The position numbers and the translations under genes were made by a program. Source: Lama glama (taxonomy: Eukaryota). From it: 64,000 bases of DNA. The stretch spans positions 46,874,001 to 46,938,000 of the forward strand of contig CM052816.1 of NCBI GenBank assembly GCA_028534125.1, given 5' to 3'. Shown here in pieces: positions 60,401 to 64,000 of the stretch; position 1 is the first letter of the stretch; every line of letters begins with the position of its first letter. The notes beneath the pieces are model-generated. The model had not been told where the DNA came from. It was given only the letters and a program-made list of their open reading frames with translations, and ran no database searches.

Positions 60401-63299
60401 TAATCTGGAGGGTGGAAGACTGGAAGACTGGAAGACTAGAAGTTTGGTTTTGAGCATGGCTAACTGCTTTTTTCTCATGTTGACTTGAGATTTGCTGTGT
60501 GTATGGTTATATAAAACAATCAGCAATCTTAAGCACTTGAAATAAATTAACTTCATATCAGTTTTGGCCAAAACACCCATCAGAAGCTTTTATATTTTTT
60601 ATCTAGAAAATATAACAAAGGGTTTAGTAAGCCTTTCTTTACAATATTCAGTATTTTACATTTAAATTGAAGGATTTGTACTTTATGCAAATCCAGGTCA
60701 TCTTTTTACCCAAAATGCCAAGAAAAATTTAAAAAGGTACACTTGTTAATGGTCAGATAGGAATACAAGAATCAGTTAAATGTTAATGGGTTTAATGACA
60801 TTCATTTTTATTGTATGATTTTAAAGCACACCCCAGATAGCACATCTTTTCACTCATAAATACTTCTGTAAAAATATTTATGTCTGAAGAATATGTTTTA
60901 TCCACTTACCTGTCTAGCTATAGCTTCTAATTCCAGTTCCAATGACAGTGTACATATACCACCACATTCAAGGCCTTATCTGTGGATGGGCAGGTGTAAG
61001 AGATCCTTGAAAAACTCTTAAGAATTCCTCTAATCACACTGACAATAATAACATTAAATAAAAATTCTTTAGTGAAATTACACTACACATATTAAAATAA
61101 AACATTTCCTTTTTCTCATTCAATCTTTTGTGAAGTATTTGAGTTTTCTAGGAATATTTGTGTAAACATATGTTAGATGCCTTTTTTAGAAAGTATTGCT
61201 ACTGCCCAGCTACTTGAAATACAGCTCAGCCTGTGTCTGCAAATGGACTAAACTGAGGAATTTCCTGGGGGATTAAAAATATTTTAATCTGCTATTTAAG
61301 AAGCAAGAGGTTTCAAATGATCCAGAGAAACTTCTAGGTCAGCAATGTTTTCAAAATATTTAAGTGAAAATGAACTTTCCATTATATGATGTTGGAACAT
61401 TAAGGAATTACCCAGAAATTATTTTGCATTATAGGTTGGTTAATATATATTTATCTCTCAACTACCCCCAAATTCAACTGGACAGACTGTCATCACATTC
61501 ATAAAGCCTATAGCTGAAACTTATTTTAGCCAAGAATGTTCCAAAAGATATTGAAAAGAAGGCATAGATTGCAGCTATTTTCAGATACTTGAAACTGATC
61601 TTTGTGGCACATCAAGGGTTTATTCTGGAAAGGACATCATAGGCGTGCAGGTCTGGAAGTGCCCAGAAGGGCTCATCTGGTTCATCATGTCATCCTAAAG
61701 ACTATTACAATTTCCAGATGCAAAACCAGTTATAATAGGCCAGTTTTCCAACCTGTGAACTCTGGAGAACTCTTCTAAAGGCAGAATCTCCTTTTCAAAG
61801 ATATTAAAAATAAGGTTCCTCCTCATTTCACTTTTGCAGAGTCCCCAGCAGTGGTGAAGTATTTTAAAGGATCTCCTCACAATACTTTAAACCCTTAAAA
61901 GAGTTTAGAACTTAAACTTCAAATAATCTTCTCTTTGTCAAGGTCTTTTGGTGTTCTTCAAATAATGGTCCTTTGTTTAAAGAAAATCAGACTTAAACTT
62001 GTGTATTAAGTGATTAAAGTAAAAGCTCATTATTATGTTTTCCCTGTTACTTCACCTCTGATCTTTCAACTTTGACCTCTGCTTTTGATCCATTTCCAAA
62101 GTATTAAAATATAACCACTATAAAGAACTAGCCTTTATAATAGCACAATCACCAACATGGCCCTTGGCTACTTCTGATTATTCAGGCCTTGTTATTCAGT
62201 TTTAAGACTACCTTGTATTTTTTTGGTTCACTTCATATCAGTGGTGACCCAACTTTCTCTTTCAAGTAACTCTGTCAGCATTGGTCTAATTACTTTGAAC
62301 ACTAAAATCATTAAAATAATTTAAAATTCTATTTTTTGCAACTATGCGTGTAAAAGGCAATAAGTAAAAAAATGTTAAAAAAACTATGTTAAGGTAGAGG
62401 ATGATATAGGTGATTATTTCCAGCATATTCTTGAATATTATTGCTATGTCAACAGTAACTAATATCTACACATATGTATGTAAATTACTGCAATGGATAA
62501 AAATATCCACTAAGTTAAAAATTCGAGTTAATAATGATACTTTGAAAGCATATTTCATTGATCATTCTTGGAAACTAAATCATTATTCTGAAAACTTATC
62601 AGTAAAAGTAAAGTCAAAAAAGAAACATTCTATTTTTTAAGTCTCAGAAATTTGAAAATATCTTCTGTACCTTTCCACCAAATATTTAGAAATTTCCTTT
62701 TCCTGCATCGGTAACCCTTCAGGCTCATTTTGTATCTGCCACAATTGTAATACCGCCTGTATTGGGGTCCCAGGGTTTTACAAGATCAATTTTGGAACAT
62801 TTAGGGACCAATGAAGTAATATGGTTTTCAGTGGTAAAAGTCAATAACAAATCAGTGGTGCTATTTTTAAATGAAAGCATGAAATGATTTTCTTTAAAGG
62901 TTATGCATTCATGGATTAAAAGGTAAGGGCCAAATGTGGGAGAGTGAAGACTTCACTGTTGTTTTCTGCCAGCACCTTTCAGACTTCCTACAGGACTCCC
63001 TTGGGAGAAGCTTCCTAGAAGCTTGATGCCAACTCAGAAAATCTTAAGAACTCCATAGCTTCTTATGGGCAATGAATTTTAGCTTAAATTTATAACAACT
63101 CTTGAGACATTAATGTGTAGCTTTGGGCCCCACAAGTCCATGGTCCAGGTAACTGCTCTGTACCTTTTCACTTTTGTAGACATGTGATATTGACACATCC
63201 TTCCTCAAAATGAAACCCCACATTCGGATGAATCCTGATCCAGAACTTTTCTCTGACCTAATCCACCCAGCTGCCTATTCTTGCCCCTTAGTTGTTCTC

Positions 63300-63762
63300 C
63301 TTACTGGTTTTGGCTCTTATCTCAACAGGAATTCTATGGCAAACTTCTTCCAAGGCACGTCTCTTCTAAAAGCAAAAGACGAGCTCCTACCCTGTCCTTC
63401 TCTCCTTGACTCTAGACATGTTCACTTATATTCGCCCAACATATTCACTTAAAATGATTACTTCTACAAACTTCCAGATGCAGCTGAAATATTCCTGTCT
63501 CCAAGAAGTCTTCCTCAAATTCCTCGGATGGAGTTAGCAGCTCTGTTGTCTTGTACAGTCATGGAACTTGGTTTACAAGTTCGTTGTAACATTTACTGTG
63601 TTCTCTAGTCATGTATTAACTTGCTGCTGTAGATCTCACTAGATGAAAGCTTTTCAGAGGCCGTTTATCTTTTCTCTAACATAGTTCCTGACCCTTGGTA
63701 AATATGTAATAGACATTTGTGGAAAGACTAAAAGAAATAATGAATGGGTAAATAAGTGAATG
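63300..63762 (+). mobile_element. L2 3' fragment
   Basis: TCTCCAAGAAGTCTTCC...CACTAGA...CATAGTTCCTGAC...ATTTGTGGA...TGAATG tail. Confidence 0.6.
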
Positions 63763-64000
63763 GTAGTGTGTATTTTTGTTTTCTCTCTGCCCAATAATTT
63801 CTTGCTGTGTTTATGGCATTTTCTTTGTTTGTTTTCATGGTTACTATGCTTTTATATTTATTAAGTGGAAGTGTGGTCTTCAAGCTAAATAAGTAGTCCT
63901 AAATTCTTAATTTCCCCTTAAATTCAACTTGAATAATCCATGCATTAGTAAAGCACTAAGGAAACTTCATTTTATGTTTGTCTCCACTGGAAATTCCCAA

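Noticed and set aside
61450..62300. Possible processed pseudogene or CR1/L3 remnant
   Set aside because: The frames I translated gave no recognisable protein, and the repeat similarity was too weak to call.

Overview
Mammalian genomic DNA with no supportable protein-coding gene. It is probably camelid (alpaca or camel), judged from three tRNA-derived vic-1-like SINEs. The landmark is a complete pre-miR-9-2 hairpin on the + strand (13653-13739; miR-9-5p 13668-13690, miR-9-3p 13705-13726). This identifies the window as the MIR9-2 host-gene locus (LINC00461/MIR9-2HG), which neighbours MEF2C in human and mouse. The first ~21 kb is nearly free of recognisable transposons. It holds several CpG islands, candidate alternative first exons (donors at 2224 and 7586), internal splice sites, a poly(A) signal at 16080, and CRE, octamer, Oct-Sox, MEF2 and nuclear-receptor motifs. 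The remaining ~43 kb is AT-rich and dense in repeats: L1, L2, MIR, MaLR/ERVL, a near full-length decayed Tigger1, MER2, MER5, a solo LTR and SINEs. The most striking unexplained signal is a 19-nt stretch (12539-12557) in a candidate exon, made of end-to-end seed matches for miR-137, miR-9 and miR-124. Exon structure and motif functions are inferred from sequence only, and no new biological system is demonstrated.
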